Of a stretch of DNA of 64,000 bases, positions 39,577-54,036 are shown one piece after another. Every line of letters starts with the position of its first letter. Positions within the stretch are counted from its first letter, which is position 1. Position numbers and translations under genes: made by a program. The notes beneath the pieces are model-generated. The model saw only the letters and a list, made by a program, of their open reading frames with translations. It did no database searches and had not been told where the DNA came from. The stretch is from contig OZ024753.1 of NCBI GenBank assembly GCA_964016885.1, positions 43,214,001-43,278,000 of the forward strand, given 5' to 3'. This DNA is from Eledone cirrhosa (lineage: Eukaryota).

Positions 39577-39630
<54 letters not shown>

Positions 39631-39689
39631 CAGACAGACAGATGGAGAAACAGATGCACTGTCTATATGTTGTATATAGAGAAACACAC

Positions 39690-39781
39690 AAACTCTTGAA
39701 ACATCTGTAGGCCTTATTATACGTACTTCGAAGTGTGAAGGACAGACAGACATAGAAACAGCTCTTCTTTTATAATATAGA
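39690..39781 (-). mobile_element. Possible non-autonomous Helitron 5' end
   Basis: Minus strand begins A|TCTATATTATAAAA followed by (tgtc)n, as in many Helitron 5' termini. No 3' CTRR end was identified. Confidence 0.4.
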
Positions 39782-40059
39782 TTTAATCTCCGAGAAAAGA
39801 AATACAGGCCCTACTCTTTCCTTTTCTCTCTCACTTACCTTTCAATAAATCTCATCTTTCCTTCTATTTCTAGCCACACAAACAAAATATATAACCCCCC
39901 ACACACACACACACATACATACACACATACATACATACACACACATATACATACATTCATACATGCATTTAAACACACACATGCATTCATAAATACATAC
40001 ATACACTTACATATGTACATACGTTCATATACACACACACACACATAGCTACATGCTTG

Positions 40060-40305
<246 letters not shown>

Positions 40306-40434
40306 CATTTAAACACACACATTCATACATGCATTTAAACACACACATCCATTCATAAATACATACATACACTTACATATGTACATACGTTCATATACAC
40401 ACACACACATAGCTACATGCTTGCATATACACAC

Positions 40435-40523
<89 letters not shown>

Positions 40524-40559
40524 GAATTAAGGTGTTTGCTAGATATGCAAGATACTCAT

Positions 40560-40610
<51 letters not shown>

Positions 40611-40691
40611 AGCTCACATACACACATACATAAAGGCACATTCATCTACACCTACTTATATACATATATAGCTACATGTATGTACACACAC

Positions 40692-40745
<54 letters not shown>

Positions 40746-41079
40746 ACAGGGAGAGACGATTATGAGGAAGAAAAATATATTTTTTTCCTTTTTTTTTGTC
40801 TCTGTATATATATATATATACATACAAGCACACATACACACATTCACACACACCTTCACATTCATTCACACACACACTCATTTATATACATACATGCATA
40901 TACGTACACTATATATATATACAAGCACACATTTATTCATCCCCCCCACACATATTCACTTATATACATACATGCATATACGTACACTATATATATATAC
41001 AAGCATACATACACACTCATTCACACACCTTCACATTCATTCACACACACACACACACCACTTATATACATATATGCAT

Positions 41080-41253
41080 ATCATCATCATCATCATCATC
41101 GTTTAACGTCCATATTCCACGCTTGCATGGGTTTGGACGGGAGTTTTCCCACTTGAGGCAAGATTGGTTGTCTTGCTCGCATAGGACTGTCTGGCGGGTT
41201 TTCTACGGCTGGATGCCCTTCCTAACACCAACCACGTTTACAGTGTGGACTGT
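41080..41253 (-). mobile_element. SINE family C 3' part
   Basis: (cat)n, gtttaacgtcc...ggatgcccttcctaacacc. Homologous to 48919-49345 and 55438-55812. Confidence 0.75.
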
Positions 41254-41892
41254 TTACGTACACTATATACATACATGCATACGTACACATTTATTCACCC
41301 CCCACACACCTACACCACTTTTATACATACATGCATACGTACACTATACATATATACAAGCACACATTTATTCACCCCCACATCCCTTCACATTCATTCA
41401 TTCACACACACACCACTTTTATACATACATGCATATATCTACACTGTATATATACAAGCACACATACACATTTATTCACCCCCACACACCTACTTACAAA
41501 AATACAATCAATTTAGTGAGGCTTCTTAAGGAATACTGGCCTATATTGGGAATATATGGGAAGACAAAGGCTAAATTGTGAAAAAAACAGCAATAACTGA
41601 GAAAGCCAGATGGCTCTCCATGTAGAGTTCCCATGAGGATTCCTTGCTATCTCTCGTCTATATTGATGAGTTTTTCATTATCATCATACAAACCACCACC
41701 CATAAATACACCCCCCCACCACAACCAATATATGATTTATATATATATATATGTGTGTGTATATTTTGCATATATATGTGTGTGTATATTTATATATATA
41801 TGTTTATATATGTTTATATATATATATATGTTTATATTTAGATGTCTGTATATATGTGTGTGTATATTTATATAAATATATTTATATATATA

Positions 41893-41933
<41 letters not shown>

Positions 41934-42129
41934 TTGATTTATTATAGTGTCTATTGTTTACAAAAAAAATATATACATTTCTCATAACAAAAAAATATGT
42001 AAACTAAAATGGAAGTAAAGCTAACAGCAAGTCTTTATTTAATTTCCCCTTATCTATATTTCTCTGTTACTGTTTATTATATATACATACACACATGTGT
42101 TTATATATATATATATATAAACACTGTGT

Positions 42130-42425
42130 ATAAGAGGGATAAGTTGTAGTGTGCGGGAGAGAAGACTGTTGGTATGGACATGTGATGTGTATGGAGGGTG
42201 ACTGCTGGGTAAAGAAGTGCCAAGAAATGCCAGTAGAAGGAAGACGAAGTAGAGGAAGACCACAAAAACCATGGGCGGAGGTGGTGAGAGCTGACCTCAG
42301 ATCGCTGAAGCTCACGGAGGAGATGACAAAGGACTGTGGCAAGTGGAGAGATGTTGTACTGAATAGGACCCATCCCACCCTTGCAAGCAGGGAAAAGCGG
42401 ACATAAAATGATGATGATGATAATG
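42130..42425 (+). pseudogene. RTE-clade LINE 3' end (ORF C-terminus plus tail)
   Basis: WYGHVMCMEGDCWVKKCQEMPVEGRRSRGRPQKPWAEVVRADLRSLKLTEEMTKDCGKWR followed by (gat)n. Confidence 0.85.
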
Positions 42426-43261
42426 ATATACTCACATATTTATATATATAAATACACACACACACACATAAACATATATATACATATATATAAATATCTC
42501 TCTCACTCTCTCAAAGCAATCAGCTATGTTCAGACCTGTAGAGAAGTGGGCAGGCCCTGTCAGATTTTAAATGCCCAAGACCTGCTGTATGTCACTAAGG
42601 TGCTCTTACGACGCAATCAAGAATTCAGGTCCTTTATCAACATTTGACGTCCATTTTCCCACACTACCATGGGTTAGATGAGTTGTCTCATTTGTGACAA
42701 GTCAGGTCAGGTGACCATGTCTTGCTCATATAGAACTATTTCTAGCTTGGTTTCTATGGCTGGATGTCCTTCCTAACACTAACCACATTTAAATCTGGAT
42801 CTTTTTTATCATGGCACTGAAACATTATGGCATCTTCTTCATGTTATTTATTTGAAACCATGTTTGTATTTTATTGAGTCTCCATCATTAGAGATTTCAT
42901 GAGTATCAAAACTAAAGGGTCACTTCTACTACACTCTGTAACCCATTACCATTTATATTACTCTACCATGAAAATACAATAGTATATATAGAGGTTTTAC
43001 CTCACATAATATCTCCCATAACATTTACATTACTCTAGATATACTATTGTATTTTCATGGTAAAAGCTTAACCTCATATAATATCTCACATGATATCAAA
43101 TCTGAGATTTTGATATTTTTTTTTTATTTGGAGAACAATACCTTAACCTCAGTATGAGTGGCTAGTTACACCCGGTTTAAACAGAAAGAGGTGAGAGAAG
43201 TCTGGTCAGATACGGCTGGTTTAAATGCTAAAGGGTTAAACCCCATCAATTCTGTTGTCAA

Positions 43262-43606
43262 TAATTGTTTCTACTTTTGACACAAGGCCAGCGATTATCC
43301 AAGTGCATTACTGGTACTTTATTTTATCGACCCCGTAAGGATGAAAGGCAAAGTTAACCTCGGTGGGATTGGAACTCAGATTGGAAAGGGCCGTAACTCT
43401 ATGTGTCAAAGCATGGCGTCCGACCCTCTACCGATACTGCCAATCCACCGCCCCTCAATAATAATTGTTTCTACTTTACGCACAAGGCCAGCAATTACCC
43501 AGTGCATTACTGGTACTTTATTGTCAATAATAAAACTGAATTAAGAAATATTAGCCAAAGTATCTACGAAAGTTGGAACTATTTGTAGGAATATCCAACT
43601 AGTTAT

Positions 43607-43642
<36 letters not shown>

Positions 43643-43960
43643 GTTTGTATGTGTGTGTATATATGTATGTATATATGTATATATATGTGTGTGTGTGTAT
43701 ATATATATTCTTATGGGGGTTGATAAAATAAAGTACCAGTAACACACTGGAGTTGATTTAATCGACTTTCCCCTCCCCCAAAATTGTTGACCTTGAGCCT
43801 AAATCAGAAACCATTATTATTATTGTTACGTCCCTTTCCAATCTGAGTTCAAATCCTGCCGAGGTTAACTTTGCCTTTCATCCTTACGGGGTCGATAAAA
43901 TAAAGTACCAGTAATACACTGGGATAATTGCTGGCCTTGTGCCTAAAGTAGAAACAATTA
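43262..43960. mobile_element. SINE A cluster (two minus-strand, two plus-strand copies)
   Basis: Copies at about 43262-43456 (-), 43461-43520 (-), 43712-43815 (+) and 43825-43960 (+). Confidence 0.8.
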
Positions 43961-44464
43961 TTATTATTTTTACCATTATTTTTACCATTATTATTACCAT
44001 TATTATTATCATTATTATTATTAATAGTAGTAGTAGTATCCTTACTGTTATTTTCCATATAGATCCATTAAAAAACAAAGTTACCACCAATTAGCAGAAA
44101 AGTACATGTAACTCTTATAATCAATCTATATTTAATATAAGGAACTAAAACATTGTGTACAAAAATCTTGAATATAAAAAGAAAAAAAACATTTTTTTTT
44201 TTTACTTTCTTTCCTTATTTCATGACAGCTTGTAAAAGTGAAAATATTGTATGACTATCATATATCATTTTAGATTAATTTGGTATAGTGCCATATCTAC
44301 CTACTTGAGTCTACCAGAATCACGTTTCATAAATTTCCTAGTGGAGAACCATGGTTTAATGATTAGTGTTGGACTGAAGATCATAGTGTTGATTTCTTGA
44401 TTGGGTAGTTCATTGTCTTCTTGATCAAGATTCTTTATTTCACATAGTCTTCACATAGTGCTGC

Positions 44465-45060
44465 CACTATTATTAAAACACTCAAGAAAATATCCTGTGA
44501 CACTCAACCTCCTATGAAGCCTGTTAAACCTGCATAGCTATGAGCTGTTAATATTGCATTTCATGAAAGAAGTGGGGTCCCTATCATTAAAATTATTAAA
44601 TCTTCCATGACATTCAACCTTGAACAAAGGCCTCTAAACCTGCATAAGTGTTGACTATACCATGATAGAATGGAGACCCCTATCATTAAAACATTCAAGA
44701 AACTTCCTCTGACACTGAATCTCGTATGAGACCAGCTAAACCAGCATAGGTGTCGGCTATAGCATGATAGAATGGAGACCCCTATCATTAAAACACTTAA
44801 GAAACTTCCTATGACATTCAATCTCGTATGAGGCCATCTAAACCTGCATAAGTCTGGGCTGTACCATAATAGAATGGGGCTCTCTGTCATTAAAACACTC
44901 AAGAAACCTATGACATTCAGCTTTGTATGACGCCAGCTAAACCTGCAAAGGTGTGGATGGTACTATGATGGAAATCTGTCCCCCCTATCATTAAAACATC
45001 TAAGAAATCTACTGTGTTTCAATCTCATAAGAGGCCAGTTAAATCTACATAGAGGTGTGC
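44465..45060. repeat. Old diverged tandem repeat, unit of about 100 bp, about 6 copies
   Basis: tcattaaaacac...aagaaa recurs near 44470, 44581, 44680, 44783, 44885 and 44986. Confidence 0.8.
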
Positions 45061-45664
45061 TGTGGGATTATTTCATTAACATAAAGTTACCTTAGAAGCT
45101 TTCTGTATAAGAAGTTTTAAAACAACAACAAAGTAAACAAAAACAAAAAACATTCTAACATACTTAATAGAGTGAGGAAGAGATTTTAATTAAATTTAAG
45201 AAATTTTAATTAATTAATATTTTACCTGTGAGGTAAAAAAAAATGTATTAGCTTAATTTAAAATAGAAAAATGTGGCTATGTAGTAAGAAGTTTTTAATC
45301 AATTTTCATTGATTTAAATTACAGAATCATCTCCCTTATCTTTACCAGAATTAAACATTAAGCTAACGATTTCTTCTCCTCACTATGGTTGTCATTTTTC
45401 AGTTAATTAAAATTTCATGGATGACTACCTTCAGTATGTTAACACCAACTTTACCGTTTCGTTTCTCAAGAAGTTATCTCTAGGAGTGTTTACAGTAAAA
45501 CCTGTCGGTATTTATTCCCTAAATATCTATATAGAATCTAGGAAGGAAGGGACCTCCACCAGTTTCAAAGATGAGTGTTGACACCGACTTTACCATTTTT
45601 TTTTTTTATGAAGAGGTCCTCTCTAGGTAATTTTACAGTCACACCTATTGGTATTTCATCCCTT

Positions 45665-45916
45665 CATCCACTTATTCCTGAAAGGGCTGTGGGAGGCAAA
45701 GTCCTCAAACACTTCTTCTAGCAGGTCCGATCAAAAGCAACCATCTCCAATTGATCTGACAGAATCCCCAATCAAATCTAGCTGAGCTCATTAATGTTAT
45801 CCAACCATCTTTCTCCGAGTCTCCGAGTCTACCCTTGGGTCTCCTGCCGGTTGGTATTTACCCATAAAAAACTGTCCAGCGATTCTTTCCTGAGACATTC
45901 CAACCACATGCCCATA
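45665..45916 (-). pseudogene. RTE-clade LINE 3' fragment
   Basis: Minus strand gives YGHVVGMSQERIAGQ...PTGRRPKGR...RWLDNI...VAFDR...LPP with stops and frameshifts. Confidence 0.7.
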
Positions 45917-46532
45917 GTAATAATATGCTTAGCAACATAGTTACAACCCTTTATGTTCTGAATTCAAATCCTACTGAGGTTAACTTTGCCTTTCATCCTT
46001 AAAGAATTGATAAAATAAAGTACCTGTCATGCACTGGGGTCGATTTAATTGACTTTCCCCTCCCCAAAATTGCTGACCTTGCGCCTCATTCAGAAATCAT
46101 TATTATTTCATTTTTTTTTTTTTGTCAATATAAAGGGACATTTCAACTTTAATCCATCGTTATTCCTGAAGAGATGTTGAGGATGAATCGATAGATAATC
46201 TGTGAAATTATCACATCACTAGTACAATCAATTAATCATTTATTTATTGATTATCTGTAAATTTATCCCCATTTATTGAAACAATTGTAAAAAAAAAAAA
46301 ATTGTAAAAAGAAAAAAATGGATGTTTTACAATGAGCGGAATCTTTGTTTTTCTTTCCACGATATTTGATGCTCTGTGATACGGCATGCATTCAATTGTT
46401 TGGATCTTTCCCCATGGACTTTATCCTTGGATTTGTTTGGTTTGCATGATTGCTGATGATTTTAACACATTCAGCTTTTATTCATCTTGATAAATATAAA
46501 TTAAGTGGATATCTCCATTTAAAAAATTCCTT

Positions 46533-47036
46533 TATATATATATATGTATATATATGTATATATATGTATATATATGTGTATATATGTGTATATATGTGTA
46601 TATATATGTATATATATATGTATATATATATGTTTATATATATGTATATATATATGTATATATATATGTATATATATATGTATATATATATGTATATATA
46701 TATGTATATATATATGTATATATATATGTATATATATATGTATATGTATATGTATATATATGTATATATATGTATATGTATATACATGTATATGTATATA
46801 TATGTATATACATGTATATATATATATATGTATATACATGTATATGTATATATATGTATATACATGTATATATATATATATGTATATACATGTATATATA
46901 TGTGTATATATATGTGTATATATATGTGTATATATATGTGTATATATGTGTGTATATATGTGTGTATATATGTGTGTATATATGTGTGTATATATGTGTG
47001 TATATATGTGTATATATATATGTGTATATATATATG

Positions 47037-47067
<31 letters not shown>

Positions 47068-47676
47068 GTATATATATATATGTATATATGTATATATATA
47101 TATGTATATATATATATGTATATATATATATGTATATATGTATATGTATATATGTATATGTATATATGTATATATGTATATGTATATATGTATATGTATA
47201 TATGTATATATGTATATGTATATATATATATGTATATATATATGTATATATGTATATATGTATATATGTATATATATATGTATATGTATATGTGTATATG
47301 TATATATGTATATGTATATATGTATATGTATATATATGTATATATATATGATGATGATGATGATGATGATATCCTTATGTATATATGCAAGCAGGGACGA
47401 GCGGACATATGATGATGATGATGTATATATATATAAAAACGATGATATCTTTGTATGTATATATACATATATATATATATAAAAAATCAATATATTTCTA
47501 TATATATATATATATATATATAAATATGTAAATATATATATGTATATATACATATATATAAAAAATCAATATATTTCTATATATATATATATATAAATAT
47601 GTAAATATATATATGTATATATACATATATATAAAAAAACAATATATTTCTCTCTCTCTATATATATATAAATATG

Positions 47677-47709
<33 letters not shown>

Positions 47710-47743
47710 GTATATATACATATATATAAAAAAAACAGCTTTC

Positions 47744-47777
<34 letters not shown>

Positions 47778-47950
47778 AATATGTATATATATACGTATAT
47801 ATAAAAAAACAATAGCTTTCTATATATATATATAAATATGTATATATATACGTATATATAAAAAAACAATATCTTTCTATATATATATATAAATATGTAT
47901 ATATATATATAAAACGATATGTTTATGTATACACAGACACACACACACAA
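46533..47950. repeat. (TA/TG)n compound microsatellite and a roughly 55-60 bp TA-rich minisatellite
   Basis: Direct inspection. Confidence 0.9.
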
Positions 47951-48673
47951 TGTTAATAATAATTAGTATGAACGAAGTATCAATATAGCATCATTATGTT
48001 TATTGACATGTGACGTGTGTTTTGTGATTGAGCAGCTGAAGTTGCGATCAGTAATGATCGCTATATTGATACTTCATTCTTACGTTATATTATTAGTATT
48101 ATTAACACTCTGCTTCGTAAAGATACCGACTACAGTGAAATAGCAAATGTAGAATAACACATCGACAACTGAGCCCATACTTATAGTGAGTGCTGAAACT
48201 GGTGAACTAGTAGTAACCAAACATTACATAGCAATACTCAGGAGAGGAGATGGGCTCTGTCTGGTCTTAAAGATCTTCTAGAAATGCTGTATATCAATAT
48301 GGTACTTGTATGACTACCCCAGGGGTAGTCATACAAGTATATATATATATAACTGGGCTTGGTGTGCAATGAATGACTCACCTGACTATGGATCAGAAGA
48401 TTCCAGGTTCGACTTCTGACAAGCTCGGATGACATGACCTTAGTCTAACCCATGCTAGCGTGGAAGATAGACGTTAAACGATGATGATGATGATATATGT
48501 ATATATATATATGTATGTATGTATATATATAACCCTGCTTGAATATTGACTCGTACTATAAAGACCAGTCCAACCATGGTTTGCAGAGAAAGTGGACATT
48601 AAATGATATCGATAATGATATATATATATACACACATGCACATGGAGACACACACATGCACACACACACACAT

Positions 48674-48726
<53 letters not shown>

Positions 48727-48837
48727 CACACACACACTTATACATACATGCAGAGTGTTACAAAAATATATGCACACTTCAACAGTATTCTAATAAATAT
48801 TCCCTGTACAGGTAATCAAAGTGTGTATACATTCTTT

Positions 48838-48918
48838 GGGCTAAGACAATGTCACGGGACCGAGATCTTTGGCGCTACGCAGTAATACAGAAGACCCGCC
48901 TTGCCTATGTACAAAGCG
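48838..48918 (+). pseudogene. Short RTE 3' fragment, same family as 13800-13990
   Basis: Translates KTMSRDRDLWRYAVIQKTR. Confidence 0.6.
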
Positions 48919-49345
48919 AAACCTACAGTCAGTAGGCACCTCCTAACCAAATATACACCCCAATCCACTACCCGTACCCTATCCTCCCACTCCCACCAAC
49001 ACCACCCTCTCTCTGTAAAGTTGGTACCACAACATCCAGTCCAAATAAATGAGATAATGAGATCGAGATCGTGTAGGTGTCACGAGAAAAAAAACCAAAA
49101 AAAAACAAAAAAATAAACCACACAGTCCACGCTGTAATGTGGCCGTGTAGGTAACATGGTAAAAAGATCCCAGTTCCACACTGTAAATGTGGTTGGTGTT
49201 AAGAAGGGCATCCAGCTGTAGAAAACCTGCCAGATAGTCCTGTATGAGCGAGACACAGTCACCCAACCAACCTTGCCTCAAGTGGCACAACTCCCATCTA
49301 ACCCATGCTAGCGTGGAAGATGGACGTTAAACGATGATGATGATA
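48919..49345 (+). mobile_element. SINE-like family C, long copy
   Basis: Colinear with 55438-55812, from aaacctacagtcagtaggc to ggacgttaaac(gat)n. Confidence 0.75.
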
Positions 49346-49668
49346 TATATATATATATTGAGCTTTTATTTATTTTTCATTAACTGAGTATATAGTGGTA
49401 CAATTTATTAAACATACCTTAAAAATATAACTGTATAGAAATGGTCAGATGATGTTTAACAACACAAATATGGCCGCCATGAATACATTCATTTTCTATC
49501 TACCTTGCTTATCCATGCATAGATCTACATGTTCATACACCATACATATGTGCCTATGGGAGTGTATAGGGAGGGGGTGTTGTGTGTGTGTGTGTTTGTT
49601 TGAATGTCTGTGTAAATAGTTGAGTGCATATACGATGTGTGTTTCTGTGAATAGTTGATTGCATATGT

Positions 49669-49741
<73 letters not shown>

Positions 49742-49799
49742 CACAGTGTAATGCAATAGAAAAATGAAAATAGAGGTTTTAGGGAAGTGAGTGTAAGAG

Positions 49800-50525
49800 G
49801 AGGGTGTTTGTGTGGTGTGGTGGCGTGGTGCTGTATTGTGGAGTGGTGGTGGTGTGGTGTGGCACAGTGTGATGTGGTGGTGGTGTGGTGTGAAATGGTG
49901 TGTGGTGGTGTGGTGTGATATGGTGGGTGGTGGTATGGTGTGTGGTGGTGGTGTGGTGTGACATGGTGTGGTGGTGGTGTGGTGTGTGGCAGTGTAGTGT
50001 GGTGTGACATGGTGTGTGGTGGTGGTGTGGTGTGACATGGTGTGTGGTGGTGGTGTGACATGGTGTGGTGGTGTGGTGAGACATGGTGTGGTGGTGGTGT
50101 GACATGGTGTGGTGGTGTGGTGAGACATGGTGTGGTGGTGGTGTGACATGGTGTGGTGGTGTGGTGAGACATGGTGTGGTGGTGGTGTGACATGGTGTGG
50201 TGGTGTGGTGACATTGTGTGGTGTGACATGGTGTGGTGTGGTGGTGGTGTGACATGGTGTTGTGGTGTGGTGTGACATGGTGTGGTGGTGTGGTGACATT
50301 GTGTGGTGTGACATGGTGTGGTGTGGTGGTGGTGGTGACATGGTGTTGTGGTGTGGTGTGACATGGTGTGGTGCGGTGTGACATGGTGTGTGTGGTGGTG
50401 GTGTGACATGGTGTGGTGTGGTGGTGGTGTGACATGGTGTTGTGGTGTGGTGTGACATGGTGTGGTGCGGTGTGACATGGTGTGTGTGGTGGTGGTGTGA
50501 GATGGTGTGGTGTGGTGGTGTGACG
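49800..50525. repeat. GT-rich repeat (gtgacatggtgtggtg variants)
   Basis: Direct inspection. Confidence 0.9.
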
Positions 50526-51754
50526 TTATTGAACAGCGATATTTATGAAATATATTCAGATTAAACCATGGACTTAACATTACATAACTGACTAAAGTGA
50601 GCAATGTAAACCCTTGCTGAGTCAGTGGAGCATCCCCTCGACTGGACTGTGTTTTTCTACCTGTGAAAAATACAGGTAGGAAAACACTCCTGAAACTAGA
50701 GTTGCAATAATATATTGATAATATTACCACCACCACTACAACACCACCACAACTACTACACCACCACAACTACTACCACCACTACCATCACCACCACCGC
50801 CGCCACCACCACCACCGTTAACATCACCACCACCACCACCATCACCACCACCACTACCACCGTTACCACCACCACCACCACAAACCATTCACAACTCCAC
50901 TCATCCTCTCCAGCAAGTCTGTTACTCATATCTCATCTTTTAAAGTCTGATGACAACATCAACAACAGTGACATCAACAACAACAGTGTCACCAAGTGAC
51001 AACAACAACAACTCTGCCATATTGCTTTTATTTTTCAACAGACGGGCGAAAATAGGGAAAGTCCAGATCTGGGGTTTTCCCATCAACTCCCTCTCCCCCT
51101 CTCTCCCACATCCCTTTCTCAATTCTCCCTCTCCCCCTCATCTCCCTCTCAACTCTCTGCCCCTTCTACCCATCTCCCCCCATCTCCCCCTCTCTTTCTC
51201 ATCCCTCTCTCAACTATCTCTCCCCTCTCCTCTTTCCCCCTCTCTCTACCCATCTCTCCCCCTTCTTTCCTCCCTTACTCCCCCCTCCCTTACTCTCCCC
51301 CTCTCTCTACCCAACAATCCTCTCCTCCAATACCCCCCCCCCTATATACTCTTCTCTACCCCACCATCCATTCAATATCTTCAACATTGCTAATGTTAAC
51401 CAACTGGCAATGTTGATTCTTTATATCTTTCTCTTCTTTTTCTTTCTCTTTTTCTTTCTCTTTTTCTTTTCTCTTTTTCTTTTCTCTTTTTCTTTTCTCT
51501 TTTTCTTCTTTTTCTTCTTTTTCTTCTTCTTCTTATGTATATATGTAATCCTGTTGTTGTCGTTGTTGTTGTTGCTTCGATATTTGCCGCTTTTGGCAAA
51601 TCTCAACATGTGACTATTTCTCCAGCTAAATAATATCGCATGAAGAGGAGAGGAATAAAAACCAGAGAAGAAGAGGAGGAGAAAGAAGAGAATAGTGGGG
51701 CAGCAGGGGGGGAAAAGGCAGTAAAAAGAAAGGATGGTAGTTCTCTGACACCGC

Positions 51755-52550
51755 CATCCTTCCATACATACATACATCCTTCCATACATACATACATCCT
51801 TCCATACATACATACATCCTTCCATACATACATACATCCTTCCATACATACATTCATCCTTCCATACATACATACATCCATACATACATACATCCTTCCA
51901 TACATACATACATCCTTCCATACATGCATACATCCTTCCATACATACATACATCCTTCCATACATACATACATCCTTCCATACATACATCCTTCCATACA
52001 TACATTCATCCTTCCATACATACATTCATCCTTCCATACATACATACATCCTTCCATACATACATACATCCTTCCATACATACATACATCCTTCCATACA
52101 TACATACATCCTTCCATACATACATTCATCCTTCCATACATACATTCATCCTTCCATACATACATTCATCCTTCCATACATACATTCATCCTTCCATACA
52201 TACATTCATCCTTCCATACATACATTCATCCTTCCATACATACATACATGCTTCCATACATACATGCTTCCATACATACATACATGCTTCCATACATACA
52301 TACATGCTTCCATACATACATACATGCTTCCATACACACATACATGCTTCCATACACACATACATGCTTCCATACACACATACATGCTTCCATACACACA
52401 TACATGCTTCCATACACACATACATGCTTCCATACACACATACATGCTTCCATACATACATACATGCTTCCATACATACATACATGCTTCCATACACACA
52501 TACATGCTTCCATACATACATACATCCTTCCATACATACATCCTTCCATC
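51755..52550. repeat. Minisatellite, 20 bp unit (catccttccatacatacata) with polarised variants
   Basis: Direct inspection. Confidence 0.95.
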
Positions 52551-53339
52551 TATCCTTTCTTACACTAAACAGTGTCGGAATAATTTTCTCCTACAATTAT
52601 TCCTGATTGATCTCTGCAAGGAAGCAATGAAGGAACACACCAGGGACTGTAATAGATAAATTATTATACATTCGTCCTTATATACACACATACATATATA
52701 GTTATATATATATATGTATGTATATATAAAGTTGTATTATATATATATATATATATATAAAACACATATATATATATAACATATATATGTACATATACAC
52801 ATATATATATATAAAGTTGTATAATATATATATATATATGTACATAAATGCTTACATATACACACATATATATATATAAAGTTGTATAATATATATATAT
52901 GTACATAAACGCTTACATATACACACACATGTATATATAAAGTTGTATAATATATATATATATATATATATATGTCCATAAATGCTTACATATACACACA
53001 TGTATATATAAAGTTGTATAATATATATATATATATGTACATAAATGCGTACATATACACACACGTATAAAGTTGTATAATATATATATATGTACATAAA
53101 TGCTTACATATACACACACATGTATATATAAAGTTGTATTATATATATAACACATATATATACATATATGCTTACATATACACACAAATATATATATATA
53201 TTCATACATATGAATATAAATGAATGTATATATATATGTACATATATGCTTACATATACACACAACTATATATATATATATATATATTCATACATATGAA
53301 TATAAATGAATATATATATATATATATGTATACACACAC

Positions 53340-53394
<55 letters not shown>

Positions 53395-53697
53395 CATAAA
53401 CATGCAAATGTTTACATATACACACATACGCAAGTCTTTGATGTATATATTCTTGAATTCTTTTACTTGTTTCTGGCAGTAGACTACTAGCATGCTGGGA
53501 CACCGTCTTCATTTAATCAAAGATATCGACTCCAATGTTTATATTTTCATGTCTGTTATTTATTTGATCTCCTCTTGTCAAACTACTAAGTTACAAAACA
53601 TAAACACACACTCACACAGAAAACTCACATACACACACATACAAAACTCTTATTCATACATGCACACAAATCTCAGACACACATATATCATCATATA

Positions 53698-54036
53698 TCA
53701 TCATCATCATCATTTCACGTCCGCTTTTTCCCTGCTTGCAAGGGTGGGATGGGAACTGATTCTGGCTTGAATTCTACAGCTGGATGCCCTTCCAAACACC
53801 AACCTCATTTACAGTGAGTGCTGGGTGCTTTTTTTCCGTGGCACCTCCACGACCACTTTGTAGTGGAATCATAGGGCCCCAGTCCCTATCATCTCATTTC
53901 TACAGCTGAGTAAACTGGAGCAATGTGAAATAAAGTCTCTTGATCAAGGAGACAACACATCACCCGGTCAGAGAATTGAACTCACAACCTTTCGATTGCA
54001 AGGCCAATGCTCTAACCACTAACCCATGTGCCTCCA
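53698..54036 (-). mobile_element. SINE family B', full length
   Basis: Colinear with 21850-22158 and 29848-30092. Confidence 0.85.

Larger units (their letters stand above)
39242..39578. repeat. 337-bp near-perfect palindrome (168-bp arms, centre 39410) with a hammerhead in each arm
   Basis: Arms are reverse complements with about two mismatches seen by eye. Confidence 0.92.
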
